A stretch of DNA of 38,682 nucleotides from Candidatus Methylomirabilia bacterium (GTDB taxonomy: Bacteria > Methylomirabilota > Methylomirabilia > Rokubacteriales > CSP1-6), in NCBI GenBank assembly GCA_041492755.1, contig JBGPXN010000025.1, positions 1 to 38,682 on the forward strand, given 5' to 3'. Shown one piece after another: positions 8,200 through 18,927 of the stretch. The translations under genes and the position numbers were made by a program. Every line of letters begins with the position of its first letter. Positions within the stretch are counted from its first letter, which is position 1. The notes beneath the pieces are model-generated. The model was not told the origin of the DNA. It searched no databases and saw nothing but the letters and a program-made list of their open reading frames with translations.

Positions 8200-9417
8200 A
8201 TGACCGAACGCCGCGTGTTCTACGGATGGGTGGTCCTCGCCGCCGGCGCCACCGTGATCGCCGTGGGCATGGGCGCGCTCTTCTCGCTGAGCGTGTTCCT
8301 CAAGCCCATCGAGGAGACGATGCGCTGGAGCCGCACCGGCATCTCGACCATCGCGCTCCTCAACTGGATCGCCATGGGACTCGGCTCGTTCGTGTGGGGC
8401 TGGCTCAGCGATCGTATCGGCACGCGCACCGTGGTCCTGGCGGGCGGATTCATCCTCGGACTTGGTCTGGTGCTATCGAGCCGGGTCACGGAGCTGTGGC
8501 ACCTGCACGTGACGTTCGGCTGTCTGGTCGGTTTTGCCGTCGGCGCGTTCTACGCGCCCCTCACCTCCACCGCCACCAAATGGTTCGTGACCAATCGCGG
8601 CCTCGCGGTCGCTCTCGTCTCCGCCGGCATCGGCTTCGGCATCCTGATCATTGCGCCGCTCGTCCGCTGGCTGGTGGGTCTGTTCGACTGGCGCATCGCC
8701 ATGCTGATCCTGGGGGACCTCGCGTGGCTCATCATCCTTCCCGTCGGACTCCTCATTCGCGAGCAGCCCGACCAGGTGACGGACGCGGCCGACCGGGAGC
8801 CCGCCCACGCCCGCGCGTACTCGACGGGCGACGTCATGCGGGCGCCGCAGTTCTGGGCGATCGCGCTCACGCACTTCGCCTGCTGCGCCGCTCACTCCGG
8901 GCCGATCTTCCACATGGTGACGAACGCCATCGACCACGGCGTCACCGCGATGGCGGCCGCCACGCTGCTCAGCGTCTCCGGCGTGAGCTCCGTCGGGGGC
9001 CGGATCGTCACCGGGCTCGTGGCCGATCGCGTCGGAGTTAAGCGCACGCTCGTGGCCGGGCTGGCCCTGCAGGCGGCGCTGGTGTTCCTCTACCTCTTCG
9101 CGCGCGACGCCCGGAGCTTCTACCTGCTGGGCGCCGTGTTCGGCCTCGCCTACGGCGGGGTGATGCCGCTCTACGCGCTGGTCACCCACGAGTATTTCGG
9201 CGAGAAGATCATGGGCACCGCGTACGGCGGCGTGTTCCTGATCTCCACGCTCGGCATGGGGATCGGTTCCTTCGCCGGCGGTCTCCTCTTCGACCGGCTC
9301 GGCAGCTACGCGTGGTTGTTCGTCACCTCGGCGGCGATCGGCGTGGGCGCCGTCCTCATCGCACTGACGTTCCGCCCGCCGCGTCCCGTCGCCGTCCTCG
9401 CGCCAGCCCTCCAGTGA
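8200..9417 (+). CDS. MFS transporter
   Basis: 405 aa, about 12 hydrophobic segments; motif A GWLSDRIGTR and its repeat GLVADRVGVK. Confidence 0.92.
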   Translation: MTERRVFYGWVVLAAGATVIAVGMGALFSLSVFLKPIEETMRWSRTGISTIALLNWIAMGLGSFVWGWLSDRIGTRTVVLAGGFILGLGLVLSSRVTELWHLHVTFGCLVGFAVGAFYAPLTSTATKWFVTNRGLAVALVSAGIGFGILIIAPLVRWLVGLFDWRIAMLILGDLAWLIILPVGLLIREQPDQVTDAADREPAHARAYSTGDVMRAPQFWAIALTHFACCAAHSGPIFHMVTNAIDHGVTAMAAATLLSVSGVSSVGGRIVTGLVADRVGVKRTLVAGLALQAALVFLYLFARDARSFYLLGAVFGLAYGGVMPLYALVTHEYFGEKIMGTAYGGVFLISTLGMGIGSFAGGLLFDRLGSYAWLFVTSAAIGVGAVLIALTFRPPRPVAVLAPALQ

Positions 9418-9591
9418 ACCCGCAACGGCGGGGGTTAGCCGTTGACACCCTGCGGCTAAAGTGGTCCAATTCCTCACTTTCCCGATGTTCAGCCTCGATC
9501 GAACCATGATCCCAGCACTGTGGAAAGGGTCGAACCCCACCACGGGGCCTGGACGTTCGCCCATCGGCTCGCTCCACCAAGGAGAAACGCA

Positions 9592-10917
9592 ATGGACCAG
9601 GTGAATCGGCGACAGTTCCTGAAGATCTCGGGCACGGCGGCGGTCGGGGCGACGGGGATCGACGCGATCCTGGCGGAGCGCCGCGCCCCGGCCTTCGCGC
9701 AGGGGACCAAGCTCCACATCGTGCGTTGGGTGGACTTCATCCCCGAGGCCGACGTCGAGCTGAAGCGGCAGGCCCCGGAAGCCAGCAAGGCGCTGGGCGC
9801 GGAAGTGACCTTCGAGTTCATCAACGCCAACGACCTGCAGCCGCGCATCACGGCTGCCATCCAGTCGGGCGCCGGCGCCGACATCATTCAGATGCTCTGG
9901 AACTGGCCGCAGCTCTACCAGAACGCGCTCGTCGACGTCTCCGACGTCGCCGAGCCCATCGGCAAGGCCCAGGGCGGCTACTACGACGTGTTCACCGCGA
10001 CCGCCAAGGTCGGCGGAAAGTGGCTGGCCGTACCCCACGGCACCGGGGGAAACGCCGTCGCCTATCGCCGGTCCTGGTTCAACGAGATCGGCGCGAAGGA
10101 GTTTCCGAAGACCTGGGACGAGTACCGCGACGTCGGCAAGAAGCTCAAGGCCAAGGGCAAGCCGGTCGGCCAGGCGCTCGGCCACAGCTTCGGGGACCCG
10201 CCGACGTTCGCGTATCCGTTCTTGTGGGACTTCGGCGGCGCCGAGGTGGACGCGACCGGCAAGAAGGTCGCCATCAACTCCAAGGGCACGCTCGAGTCGG
10301 TGAAGTTCCTTCAGGCCTTCTGGAAGGACTGCTGCGACGAGGGTGGTGTCGCCTGGGACGACACCAACAACAACCGGGCCTTCCTCGCCAACGAGATCAG
10401 CGCGACGCTCAACGGCGCCTCCATCTACATCGTGGCCAAGCGCCAGAGGGACAAGATCAAGGACGAGAAGGGCGAGCCGCTCTTCCAGGACATCGAGCAC
10501 GCGGCGCTGATGCCGAAGGGGCCGGCAGGTCAGTTCGCGCTCTACGGGGCCTTCCAGCACGCGGTGATGAAGTACGGCAAGAACCAGAAGCTCGCCAAGG
10601 ACTTCCTCAAGTGGCTGCACCAGAAGGAGAACTACGGGCGGTGGTTCGAGGTCAACGAGGGCTACAGCGTGGGCGCCACCAAGGTCTGGGAGGAGCACCC
10701 GATGTGGTCCAAGGTCGACAAACCGCTGCAAGTCTTCCGGCAGGCGGCGCGTTTGACACGCGTCTTCGGGTATCCGGGGCCGGCGACGGCCAAGGCCACC
10801 GAAGCTTACACGAAGTACATCATCGTCGACATGTACGCCAAGGCGGTCACGGGCACCAAGGCCGAGGACGCGGTGAAGTGGGCGGAAGGCGAACTCAAGA
10901 AGATCTACGAAGGTTAG
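9592..10917 (+). CDS. Extracellular solute-binding protein (carbohydrate ABC type), Tat signal
   Basis: AGGAG RBS then ATG 9592; NRRQFLK Tat motif and AFA cleavage site; SBP-like fold with WDDTNNNRAFL. Confidence 0.9.
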   Translation: MDQVNRRQFLKISGTAAVGATGIDAILAERRAPAFAQGTKLHIVRWVDFIPEADVELKRQAPEASKALGAEVTFEFINANDLQPRITAAIQSGAGADIIQMLWNWPQLYQNALVDVSDVAEPIGKAQGGYYDVFTATAKVGGKWLAVPHGTGGNAVAYRRSWFNEIGAKEFPKTWDEYRDVGKKLKAKGKPVGQALGHSFGDPPTFAYPFLWDFGGAEVDATGKKVAINSKGTLESVKFLQAFWKDCCDEGGVAWDDTNNNRAFLANEISATLNGASIYIVAKRQRDKIKDEKGEPLFQDIEHAALMPKGPAGQFALYGAFQHAVMKYGKNQKLAKDFLKWLHQKENYGRWFEVNEGYSVGATKVWEEHPMWSKVDKPLQVFRQAARLTRVFGYPGPATAKATEAYTKYIIVDMYAKAVTGTKAEDAVKWAEGELKKIYEG

Positions 10918-10935
10918 TCGAGGAGACGACGATCA

Positions 10936-12285
10936 ATGGACACGCCTGAGACCGTGCAGCGACCTGCGTCGGACCTGGCTCGGCGCACATTCCTGAAGCG
11001 CACCGCCGTCGCCGGCCTCGCCGCGGCCGGACTCGAGGGCATCCTGGCCGAGCGGCGCGCGCCCGCGTTCGCCCAGGGGACGAAGCTCCACCTGCTGCGC
11101 TGGGTGGACTTCATCCCGGCGTGCGACGTCGAGCTTCGGCGACAAGTCGGCGAGGCGAGCAAGGCGCTCGGCGCCGAGATCCAGGTGGAGACGATCAACG
11201 CCAACGACCTCCAGCCGCGGATCACCGCCGCCATCCAGTCGGGCAGCGGACCCGACATCATCCAGATGCTGCACAACTGGCCGCACCTGTACAAGAACGG
11301 CCTCGTCGACATGACCGATCTCGGCGACTGGCAGGGCAAGGACCAGGGTGGGTACTACGCGCAGTCGCAGGCCGCCGCCAAGGATGGCGCGAAGTGGCTG
11401 GCCCTGCCCCACGGCATCGTGGGATTGCAGTTCGCCTACCGCAAGTCGTGGTTCGACGAAGTGGGCCAGACCTCGTGGCCCAAGACGCTCGAAGAGCTGC
11501 GGCAGGTCGGCATGAAGCTCAAGAAGAAGGGCAAGCCGATCGGCCAGACCCTCGCCCACACGTTCGGCGATGCACCGGCCTGGTCGTACCCGCTCATGTG
11601 GAATCATGGCGCGGCCGAGGTCGATCGGACCGGCAAGACGGTCACCCTCGACCACAAGGGCACCGTTGAGTCCGTGAAGTTCATGCAGGCGTTCTGGAAG
11701 GACGCCTGCGACGAGGGCGGCCTGGCCTGGGACGACACCAACAACAACCGGGCGTTCCTCTCCGGCGAGATCAGCGCGACGCTCAACGGCGCGTCGATCT
11801 ACATCGCGGCCAAGCGCGGGCAGGACAAGATCAAGGACGACAGGGGCGAGCCGATGGTGAAGGACATCCTGCACGGGCCGATCCCCAACGGTCCCGCCGG
11901 CTCGTGGGGGTACCACGTCGCCTTCTCCCACGCGCTGATGAAGTATTCGAAGAACCCGAAGCTGGCCAAGGACTTCTTGAAGTGGCTGCACGGCAAGGAG
12001 CAGTTCGGCAAGTGGTTCGAAGTGGCCGAGGGCTTTTCCGTCGGCTCGACCAAGTTCTGGGAACAGCACCCGCTGTGGAAGACGATCGACCCGCCCATGA
12101 AGGGCTATCAGACCGCGGCCGCCGCGTCGCGCATGATCGGGTACGCGGGGCCGCCGTCGGCCAAGGCGACCGAGGTCTACTCGAAGTACATCATCGTGGA
12201 CATGTACGCCAAGGCCGTCCAGGGCATGCCGGCCGAAGAGGCCGTGAAGTGGGCGGCCGGCGAGCTGAAGAAGATCTACGGGTAG
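10936..12285 (+). CDS. Extracellular solute-binding protein, tandem paralogue, Tat signal
   Basis: ARRTFLK Tat motif; long identical stretches with the preceding SBP (INANDLQPRITAAIQSG, WDDTNNNRAFL, KYIIVDMYAKAV). Confidence 0.9.
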   Translation: MDTPETVQRPASDLARRTFLKRTAVAGLAAAGLEGILAERRAPAFAQGTKLHLLRWVDFIPACDVELRRQVGEASKALGAEIQVETINANDLQPRITAAIQSGSGPDIIQMLHNWPHLYKNGLVDMTDLGDWQGKDQGGYYAQSQAAAKDGAKWLALPHGIVGLQFAYRKSWFDEVGQTSWPKTLEELRQVGMKLKKKGKPIGQTLAHTFGDAPAWSYPLMWNHGAAEVDRTGKTVTLDHKGTVESVKFMQAFWKDACDEGGLAWDDTNNNRAFLSGEISATLNGASIYIAAKRGQDKIKDDRGEPMVKDILHGPIPNGPAGSWGYHVAFSHALMKYSKNPKLAKDFLKWLHGKEQFGKWFEVAEGFSVGSTKFWEQHPLWKTIDPPMKGYQTAAAASRMIGYAGPPSAKATEVYSKYIIVDMYAKAVQGMPAEEAVKWAAGELKKIYG

Positions 12286-12306
12286 TCCAAAGAAAATCGA
12301 CCTGGC

Positions 12307-13281
12307 GTGGATGTGAAGAAGCCGATCGCGGGGGGGGCGGGTAGGGCCGCCGGCCTCGAAGTGGCGCTGCCCGCGCCCCGTACGTCCCGCGCCACCGGGT
12401 GGGGTGGGTTGCTGGAGAACGAGCGGCTGCTCGCCGGGCTGCTCCTCACCCCGACCATCGTCCTGCTCGGCCTGTTCATCGCCTATCCGTTCGTGATGGG
12501 CGTGTGGCTGTCGCTGTCCAATACCAGCGTGGGCAACGTTGGGCAGTTCGTCGGTCTCAAGAACTTCGTCAAGGCGTGGAACGACAGCATCTTCCGGACC
12601 GCGTTCTGGAACACCAGCTTCTACACGTTCTGGGCGACGATCTTCAAGCTCGCCCTCGGCATGTGGCTCGCGCTGCTGCTCAACCGGCAGTTCAAGGGCA
12701 AGCGGCTGGTGCGGGCCTCCATGCTGCTGCCCTTCATCATCCCCACCGTGCTGTCGACGTTCGCCTGGCGCTGGATGTTCGATCCGACCTTCAGCGTGCT
12801 GAACTGGCTCCTGTACAAGACCGGCTTCATCGTCGTGAAGCTGCCGTTCCTCAGCGACGGCGTGTGGGCCCTCTGGTGCGCCATCGTGGTGAACACCTGG
12901 CGTGGCATGCCGTTCTTCGCCATCACGCTGCTCGCGGGACTGCAGACGATCAACCCCGATCTGCACGAGGCGGCCTCGCTGGACGGGGCCAACGGCTGGA
13001 AGCGGTTCTGGCACGTGACGTGGCCGCTGCTCAAGCCCGTCACGCTGGTGGTCGTCGTCTTCTCCATCATCCAGACCTTCTCCGACTTCCAGCTCATCTA
13101 CGTCCTCACCGGCGGGGGGCCCGCCAACTCCACGCATCTGCTCGCCACCTATGCGTACCAGATCGGCGTGGCCACCGGCCTGCTCGGCGAGGGCGCCGCC
13201 ATCTCGCTCTTCATGCTGCCGGTGCTCTTCATCGTGGTCTGGCTCCAGCTCCGCTACCTGCGCCGGCTGGAGGGCGCCTAG
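12307..13281 (+). CDS. Carbohydrate ABC transporter permease (MalF/UgpA-like)
   Basis: FVGLKNF, LHEAASLDGA EAA loop, LTGGGP. Confidence 0.92.
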   Translation: MDVKKPIAGGAGRAAGLEVALPAPRTSRATGWGGLLENERLLAGLLLTPTIVLLGLFIAYPFVMGVWLSLSNTSVGNVGQFVGLKNFVKAWNDSIFRTAFWNTSFYTFWATIFKLALGMWLALLLNRQFKGKRLVRASMLLPFIIPTVLSTFAWRWMFDPTFSVLNWLLYKTGFIVVKLPFLSDGVWALWCAIVVNTWRGMPFFAITLLAGLQTINPDLHEAASLDGANGWKRFWHVTWPLLKPVTLVVVVFSIIQTFSDFQLIYVLTGGGPANSTHLLATYAYQIGVATGLLGEGAAISLFMLPVLFIVVWLQLRYLRRLEGA

Positions 13282-13311
13282 CATGGTCGGTCGAGCGGCG
13301 GAGCGCCTGGC

Positions 13312-14163
13312 ATGGTGATCGAGCGGAGATGGAAGCGGTGGGTGTACTTCTACATCCCGCTGTCGATCTTCGTCATCGGCACGCTGTTCCCCTTCTACTG
13401 GATGCTGATCACGGCCATCCGGCCCGACGCCGAGCTGTACCGCTCGTGGCGGGCCGTGAACAACGCGCCGTTCTGGACGCTCCATCCGACGCTGGACCAC
13501 TTCCAGGACCTGATGGCGAAGACGACGTTCCCGCGCTGGCTGTGGAACACGTTCTTCATCGCCGTCATCTCCACCGGGATCTCGCTGTTCTGCGGGCTGC
13601 TGGCCGGCTACGCGCTGGCCCGGCTGCGCTTCCCGATGGCCGGGGCCCTGGGCACCTCGATCTTCGTCACCTACCTGGTCCCGCCCACGCTGCTCTTCAT
13701 CCCGCTCGCCGACATCATCCGGGACTTCCACCTCGGGAACACGCCGTGGGCGCTGATCCTCACCTACCCGACCTTTCTCATCCCGTTCTGCACCTGGCTG
13801 CTCATGGGCTATTTCAAGACGATCCCGAAGGAGCTCGAGGAGTGCGCGCGCATCGACGGCGCCACCCGCTTCGGCGCGATGATCCGGATCATCTTCCCCA
13901 TCGCCGTTCCCGGGATCCTCTCCGCCGGCATCTTCGCCTTCACGCTGTCCTGGAACGAGTTCATCTACGCGCTGATCTTCCTGTCCTCGCCGGAGCGCAA
14001 GACGGTGCCGGTGGGCGTGGTGTCGGAGCTCATCCGGGGCGACATCTACTTCTGGGGGCAGCTCATGGCCGGGGCGCTGCTCGGCTCCGTCCCGGTGGCG
14101 CTCGTCTACTCGTTTTTCGTGGAATACTACGTGACCGGGCTCACCGGGTCCGTCAAGGGCTAA
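13312..14163 (+). CDS. Carbohydrate ABC transporter permease (MalG/UgpE-like)
   Basis: AGYALARLRF, IPKELEECARIDGA, FTLSWNEF, GLTGSVKG. Confidence 0.92.
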   Translation: MVIERRWKRWVYFYIPLSIFVIGTLFPFYWMLITAIRPDAELYRSWRAVNNAPFWTLHPTLDHFQDLMAKTTFPRWLWNTFFIAVISTGISLFCGLLAGYALARLRFPMAGALGTSIFVTYLVPPTLLFIPLADIIRDFHLGNTPWALILTYPTFLIPFCTWLLMGYFKTIPKELEECARIDGATRFGAMIRIIFPIAVPGILSAGIFAFTLSWNEFIYALIFLSSPERKTVPVGVVSELIRGDIYFWGQLMAGALLGSVPVALVYSFFVEYYVTGLTGSVKG

Positions 14164-14185
14164 TCACCGTCAAGGAGAAGCCACG

Positions 14186-15274
<1,089 letters not shown>

Positions 15275-15302
15275 TCGTGCGGAGCCACCGCCGCGGCTGA
15301 GG

Positions 15303-16229
15303 ATGCCCGCCACCACCAGCTTGGCGGGCGTCCCGCGTCCCGGCGGCTCTCGGTCCGCGCGCCGGCGCGACGTCGCGCTGGCGTATGCGCTGCTGTCCCC
15401 CGCTCTCGCGCTGCTGGTGCTCGTCCTGGCCTACCCACTGGCCTGGGAAGTCTGGGTGAGCCTGACCGATCTGTCGCCCTTGAAGGACGGCCCCTCGTTC
15501 GTGGGGCTCGAGAACTATCGCCGCTTCCTCGAGGATCCCGAGTTCTGGCGGACCGTGCTGATCACCGTCGGCTTCGCCACCGCGACCTGCGGGGCAAAGC
15601 TCGCGATCGGCGTCGGCTTCGCCCTGGTGCTGGCGCGGCCGTTCCGGGGGCGCGCGCTGGTGTTCCTGGCCGTGTTCCTGCCCTGGGCCTATCCGGCCAG
15701 CGTCAGCGTGATCGGCTGGTACTGGACGCTGAGCCCCCCGCTCCCGACGGCCTACAGCGTCTTCATGGGAACCCTGAAGTACGCCGTGGACAGCGCCTTC
15801 GGCACCGGCGCGTGGGCGTTCCTGAGCGTGACGTTGTTCAACATCTGGCGGGGCAGCTCGTTCATCGGCATCTTCCTGCTGGCCGGCCTCAACGCGGTGC
15901 CGCCCGAATTGTTCGAGTGCGCCCTGCTGGAATCCAAGAGCGCCTGGCAGCGCTTCTGGCACGTCACCGTGCCGCTGCTGAAGCCGTTCTTGGCGCTCGC
16001 CGTCTTCCTGTCGCTCACCACCGCGTTCGCCGATCTCGCCAACGTGTGGATGCTCACCGCCGGCCGCATCATCTTTCCCGTGATCGGCACCCACGCGTAC
16101 TGGCTCGCCATCAAGTCCGGCCAGTTCGGCCCCGCCTCCGCGCTCGCCCTGATACTCGTTCCGTTCCTGCTCGCCGCGCTGTTCGCGCTGTTCCGCACCT
16201 TCGACGCGCCGGAGACAGAGCGGGCATGA
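15303..16229 (+). CDS. Carbohydrate ABC transporter permease (divergent)
   Basis: FVGLENY, multiple TMs, degenerate EAA loop ELFECALLES; ATG 15303 after GAGG. Confidence 0.85.
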   Translation: MPATTSLAGVPRPGGSRSARRRDVALAYALLSPALALLVLVLAYPLAWEVWVSLTDLSPLKDGPSFVGLENYRRFLEDPEFWRTVLITVGFATATCGAKLAIGVGFALVLARPFRGRALVFLAVFLPWAYPASVSVIGWYWTLSPPLPTAYSVFMGTLKYAVDSAFGTGAWAFLSVTLFNIWRGSSFIGIFLLAGLNAVPPELFECALLESKSAWQRFWHVTVPLLKPFLALAVFLSLTTAFADLANVWMLTAGRIIFPVIGTHAYWLAIKSGQFGPASALALILVPFLLAALFALFRTFDAPETERA

Positions 16230-17098
16230 ACCCGTGGCCGTGGTGGCGGAAGCTCGGTCATGCCAGCCTGCTCCTGCTGGTGACGGTGTATTGTCTTTTC
16301 CCGATCTACTTCATGCTGGTGCAGTCGCTGAAGAGCGCGCACGAGGACGTGTTCGGCAATCCGTTCATCGTGCTGCACCCGACCTTCGAGAACTTCCAGG
16401 AGCTGTTCGAACAGCGGGGCGAGGTCCACGGCTTCGTGGGCCGGACGCTCCGCCGCTCCTATCCCTTCCTCGACTGGCTGGAGAACACGATCATCGTCTT
16501 CGCGGGCGCGGTCGCCATCACGCTGGTCGCGAGCGTGATGGCCGCCTACGCGCTCGGGCGCCTGCAGCCGCCCGGCTTCCGATGGTGGCGGCGCGTCATC
16601 TTCGCCAGCTACGTCATCCCCCACACCCTCCTGTTCGTGCCGCTGTACCAGGTCATCCTCACCCTGCACCTGGAGGACAACCTCCTGGCCCTGCTCCTGA
16701 TCTACCCCACCCTCGCCCTGCCCTTCTGCGTGTGGATGCTGTCCGCGTACTTCCAGCGTCTGCCCCGCGAGATCGAAGAGTCGGCGCTGGTCGAAGGCGC
16801 CAGCCGGACCCGGGCGTTCTTCACCATCATCCTGCCCATGAGCCGTCCGGTCGTGGTCGCGGCCGGCATCTTCGCCCTCGGCGCCATCGCCAGCGACTTC
16901 ACCCTCGCCTCGGTCTTCCTCCTCGACACGCACAACCAGACCATTCCGGCCGGGCTCGCCACGATGGAAGTCGCGCTCGACGAGCTGCTCGCGGTGGCCG
17001 GGATCAACCTCATGTCGATTCCGGTGGTCCTGATCTGCGCCGTCTTCGCGCGTGGCTACGTGCGCGGGCTCACCGCGGCAATGGTCGAAGGCGCCTGA
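16226..17098 (+). CDS. Carbohydrate ABC transporter permease (divergent)
   Basis: ATGA overlap with the preceding gene; AAYALGRL, LPREIEESALVEGAS. Confidence 0.85.
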   Translation: MNPWPWWRKLGHASLLLLVTVYCLFPIYFMLVQSLKSAHEDVFGNPFIVLHPTFENFQELFEQRGEVHGFVGRTLRRSYPFLDWLENTIIVFAGAVAITLVASVMAAYALGRLQPPGFRWWRRVIFASYVIPHTLLFVPLYQVILTLHLEDNLLALLLIYPTLALPFCVWMLSAYFQRLPREIEESALVEGASRTRAFFTIILPMSRPVVVAAGIFALGAIASDFTLASVFLLDTHNQTIPAGLATMEVALDELLAVAGINLMSIPVVLICAVFARGYVRGLTAAMVEGA

Positions 17099-17101
17099 CG
17101 C

Positions 17102-18130
17102 TCAGGGCGCCGGCCGGAGTCGGATGATCCGGCCCAAGGCCGTCTCCGCAACGTAGACCGCCCCGCTCCGATCCACCACCACGCCCTGCGGATCCGCCAG
17201 CTCGCGGGCGATCGTCGTCACCGCGCCGGCGGGCGAGACCCGAAACACGTCGCGGATGTGGAATCCGGTGCTGATGACGATGCTGCCATCCGGGGCCGCC
17301 GCCATGTTCGTCCGGTGATAGTGCCCGGACGGCAGCTTCGCCACACGCCTGACGTCGCCCTGGGGCGTGAGGCGCAGGACCTCACCGAGCGAGTCGACGA
17401 CGATGAGGTCGCCGGTGGTGAGCGCCGCCACCGACACGAACCGCCACAGCAGCTCTCCCCGGGGAAGCTTCGTCCACTCGCGCGGGAACAACGGCGCGAA
17501 CAGATCGAGGCGCCGCGGCAGCGGGCGCGGCTCGTCCACGTCGACCCGGAACACGAGCGGCCCATGATAGCTGTCGACCTCGGGAGCGAGCGCTGGCGGC
17601 GGCGGCGACTCCGACCGGAGCTGGGTCTCCGGGCTCATGTAGTCCAGGATCACCAGGCGCCCCTGCGGATCGAGCGCGATGCCGCCGCCGCCGACCAGGT
17701 GATTGAGCCCCACCGCGAGCGGGGTCAGTCGCCGGCCGGCGCTGAGCCGGTAGACGCGGTTACCGTTCTCCTCGCCGAGGAAGACGTCGCCGGAGCGTGG
17801 ATCGACGGCGAGACTGCCCAGTGTCATCTTGCGCGATTCCTCGGCGAAGGGGACGACGATCTTGGGCAAGCGGGAGGCGTCGAGCGGCAGCGGACCGCTC
17901 GGATCGAGCTCGACGATCTCTCCGGCCGCGTCGCCCTGGCCCAGGGCGAGGACGACCAGTCGCCCGGAGGCCGTGAGCGACACCTGGATGGGCCGGACGA
18001 TGCCCGTCGCCACCACGTCGGCGTCGGATCGGCCGGCAAGACGGACGTCGGCGCCGAGTACGGGAAGCACGACCAGGCCGAGGGCCCAGCCGGTGGCGAC
18101 CGCGCACGCGAGATGGAGCGCGTTACTCAT
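17102..18130 (-). CDS. Secreted beta-propeller protein (NHL/SMP-30-like repeats)
   Basis: Signal peptide; repeated blades LAVDPRSGDVFLGE, IALDPQGRLVI, PQGVVVDRSGAVYVAE. Confidence 0.7.
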   Translation of the reverse strand: MSNALHLACAVATGWALGLVVLPVLGADVRLAGRSDADVVATGIVRPIQVSLTASGRLVVLALGQGDAAGEIVELDPSGPLPLDASRLPKIVVPFAEESRKMTLGSLAVDPRSGDVFLGEENGNRVYRLSAGRRLTPLAVGLNHLVGGGGIALDPQGRLVILDYMSPETQLRSESPPPPALAPEVDSYHGPLVFRVDVDEPRPLPRRLDLFAPLFPREWTKLPRGELLWRFVSVAALTTGDLIVVDSLGEVLRLTPQGDVRRVAKLPSGHYHRTNMAAAPDGSIVISTGFHIRDVFRVSPAGAVTTIARELADPQGVVVDRSGAVYVAETALGRIIRLRPAP

Positions 18131-18132
18131 TC

Positions 18133-18162
18133 TTGACACGGAGAAATCGCCGGTGCTAGGTT
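18133..18162 (+). promoter_or_regulatory. Putative sigma70 promoter for the cupin gene
   Basis: TTGACA-N18-TAGGTT with an extended TG, upstream of ATG 18205. Confidence 0.4.
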
Positions 18163-18204
18163 TCGCCCACGAGCGCGGTGCACCTCTTCACCGGGAGTCG
18201 ACCA

Positions 18205-18657
18205 ATGATCAAACACGTGTCCGTCGGTCTCCTCATGGCCTCCATCGTCCTCGTCCTGGGCCCTTCCGTCGACGCCCAGGACGACGTCAAGGCTCCCAAA
18301 GGAGTGGGAGTCAGGGGTCTCGTGACCTCCCTGGGGGGATTCAGCGCCACCGTCAACGCGCCGATCCTCCTCACGGGCTCCACCGTCGTGCTTGAACCGG
18401 GCGGCCGAACCGGTCGCCAGCAGTTCCGTGTGCCAACGTACATCTACGTCATCGACGGAATCTTGACCACCGAGTACGAAGCCGGACCGGTCGGGATCGC
18501 GGGCGCGCAGTATCACTCCGCCGGCCAGTCGTTCATGGACAACGGCGGTTGGTGGCACAACCACTTCAACCGGAGCAACAAGCCGGTGAAGTATCTCATC
18601 CTGCACATCGGCTACCCCGGGCGTCCCGACCCCATCCAGAAACCCGACCCCGAATAG
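18205..18657 (+). CDS. Secreted cupin-domain protein
   Basis: Signal peptide (VDA/Q); VVLEPGGRTG..PTYIYVIDGIL..AGQSFMD..WWHNHFN cupin pattern. Confidence 0.75.
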   Translation: MIKHVSVGLLMASIVLVLGPSVDAQDDVKAPKGVGVRGLVTSLGGFSATVNAPILLTGSTVVLEPGGRTGRQQFRVPTYIYVIDGILTTEYEAGPVGIAGAQYHSAGQSFMDNGGWWHNHFNRSNKPVKYLILHIGYPGRPDPIQKPDPE

Positions 18658-18659
18658 CC

Positions 18660-18927
18660 CTCGGAGGGGGGCTCTGCCCCCCTTCCTCGTCGGAGGGGGC
18701 CTCGACGGCCCCCTCCGAGACCTCCCCCTCGAACCCCGATTGCGCCGGCAAAGCCGGCGCTCGATCTCGTCTCGTTTCCCACCCTGCGAACTCTCGCCTG
18801 AGTACCTCGCTGATCCAACGCTCGAGCGGCGGCTTGCCGCCGCAGCCCCCCGGGGGGAGGCAGGCCGAGGTGCGGGCCGTCAGGCCCGCACACGGCCGTC
18901 GGAAGGGGGGCGCAGCCCCCCTCCGAG
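18660..18927. repeat. Composite REP/MITE-like palindromic element between convergent genes
   Basis: Terminal inverted copies TCGGAGGGGGGCTCTGCCCCCCTTCC (18661-18686) and GGAAGGGGGGCGCAGCCCCCCTCCGA (18901-18926). Internal hairpins TCGGAGGGGGCCTCGACGGCCCCCTCCGA, GCGCCGGCAAAGCCGGCGC, GCGGCGGCTTGCCGCCGC and TGCGGGCCGTCAGGCCCGCA. Confidence 0.75.

Noticed and set aside
9418..9591. Riboswitch or ncRNA in the leader of the first SBP gene, and likewise at 22108-22322
   Set aside because: Only promoter-like hexamers (TTGACA) and short hairpins are visible, and I recognise no Rfam motif by eye. An Infernal/Rfam scan would settle it.
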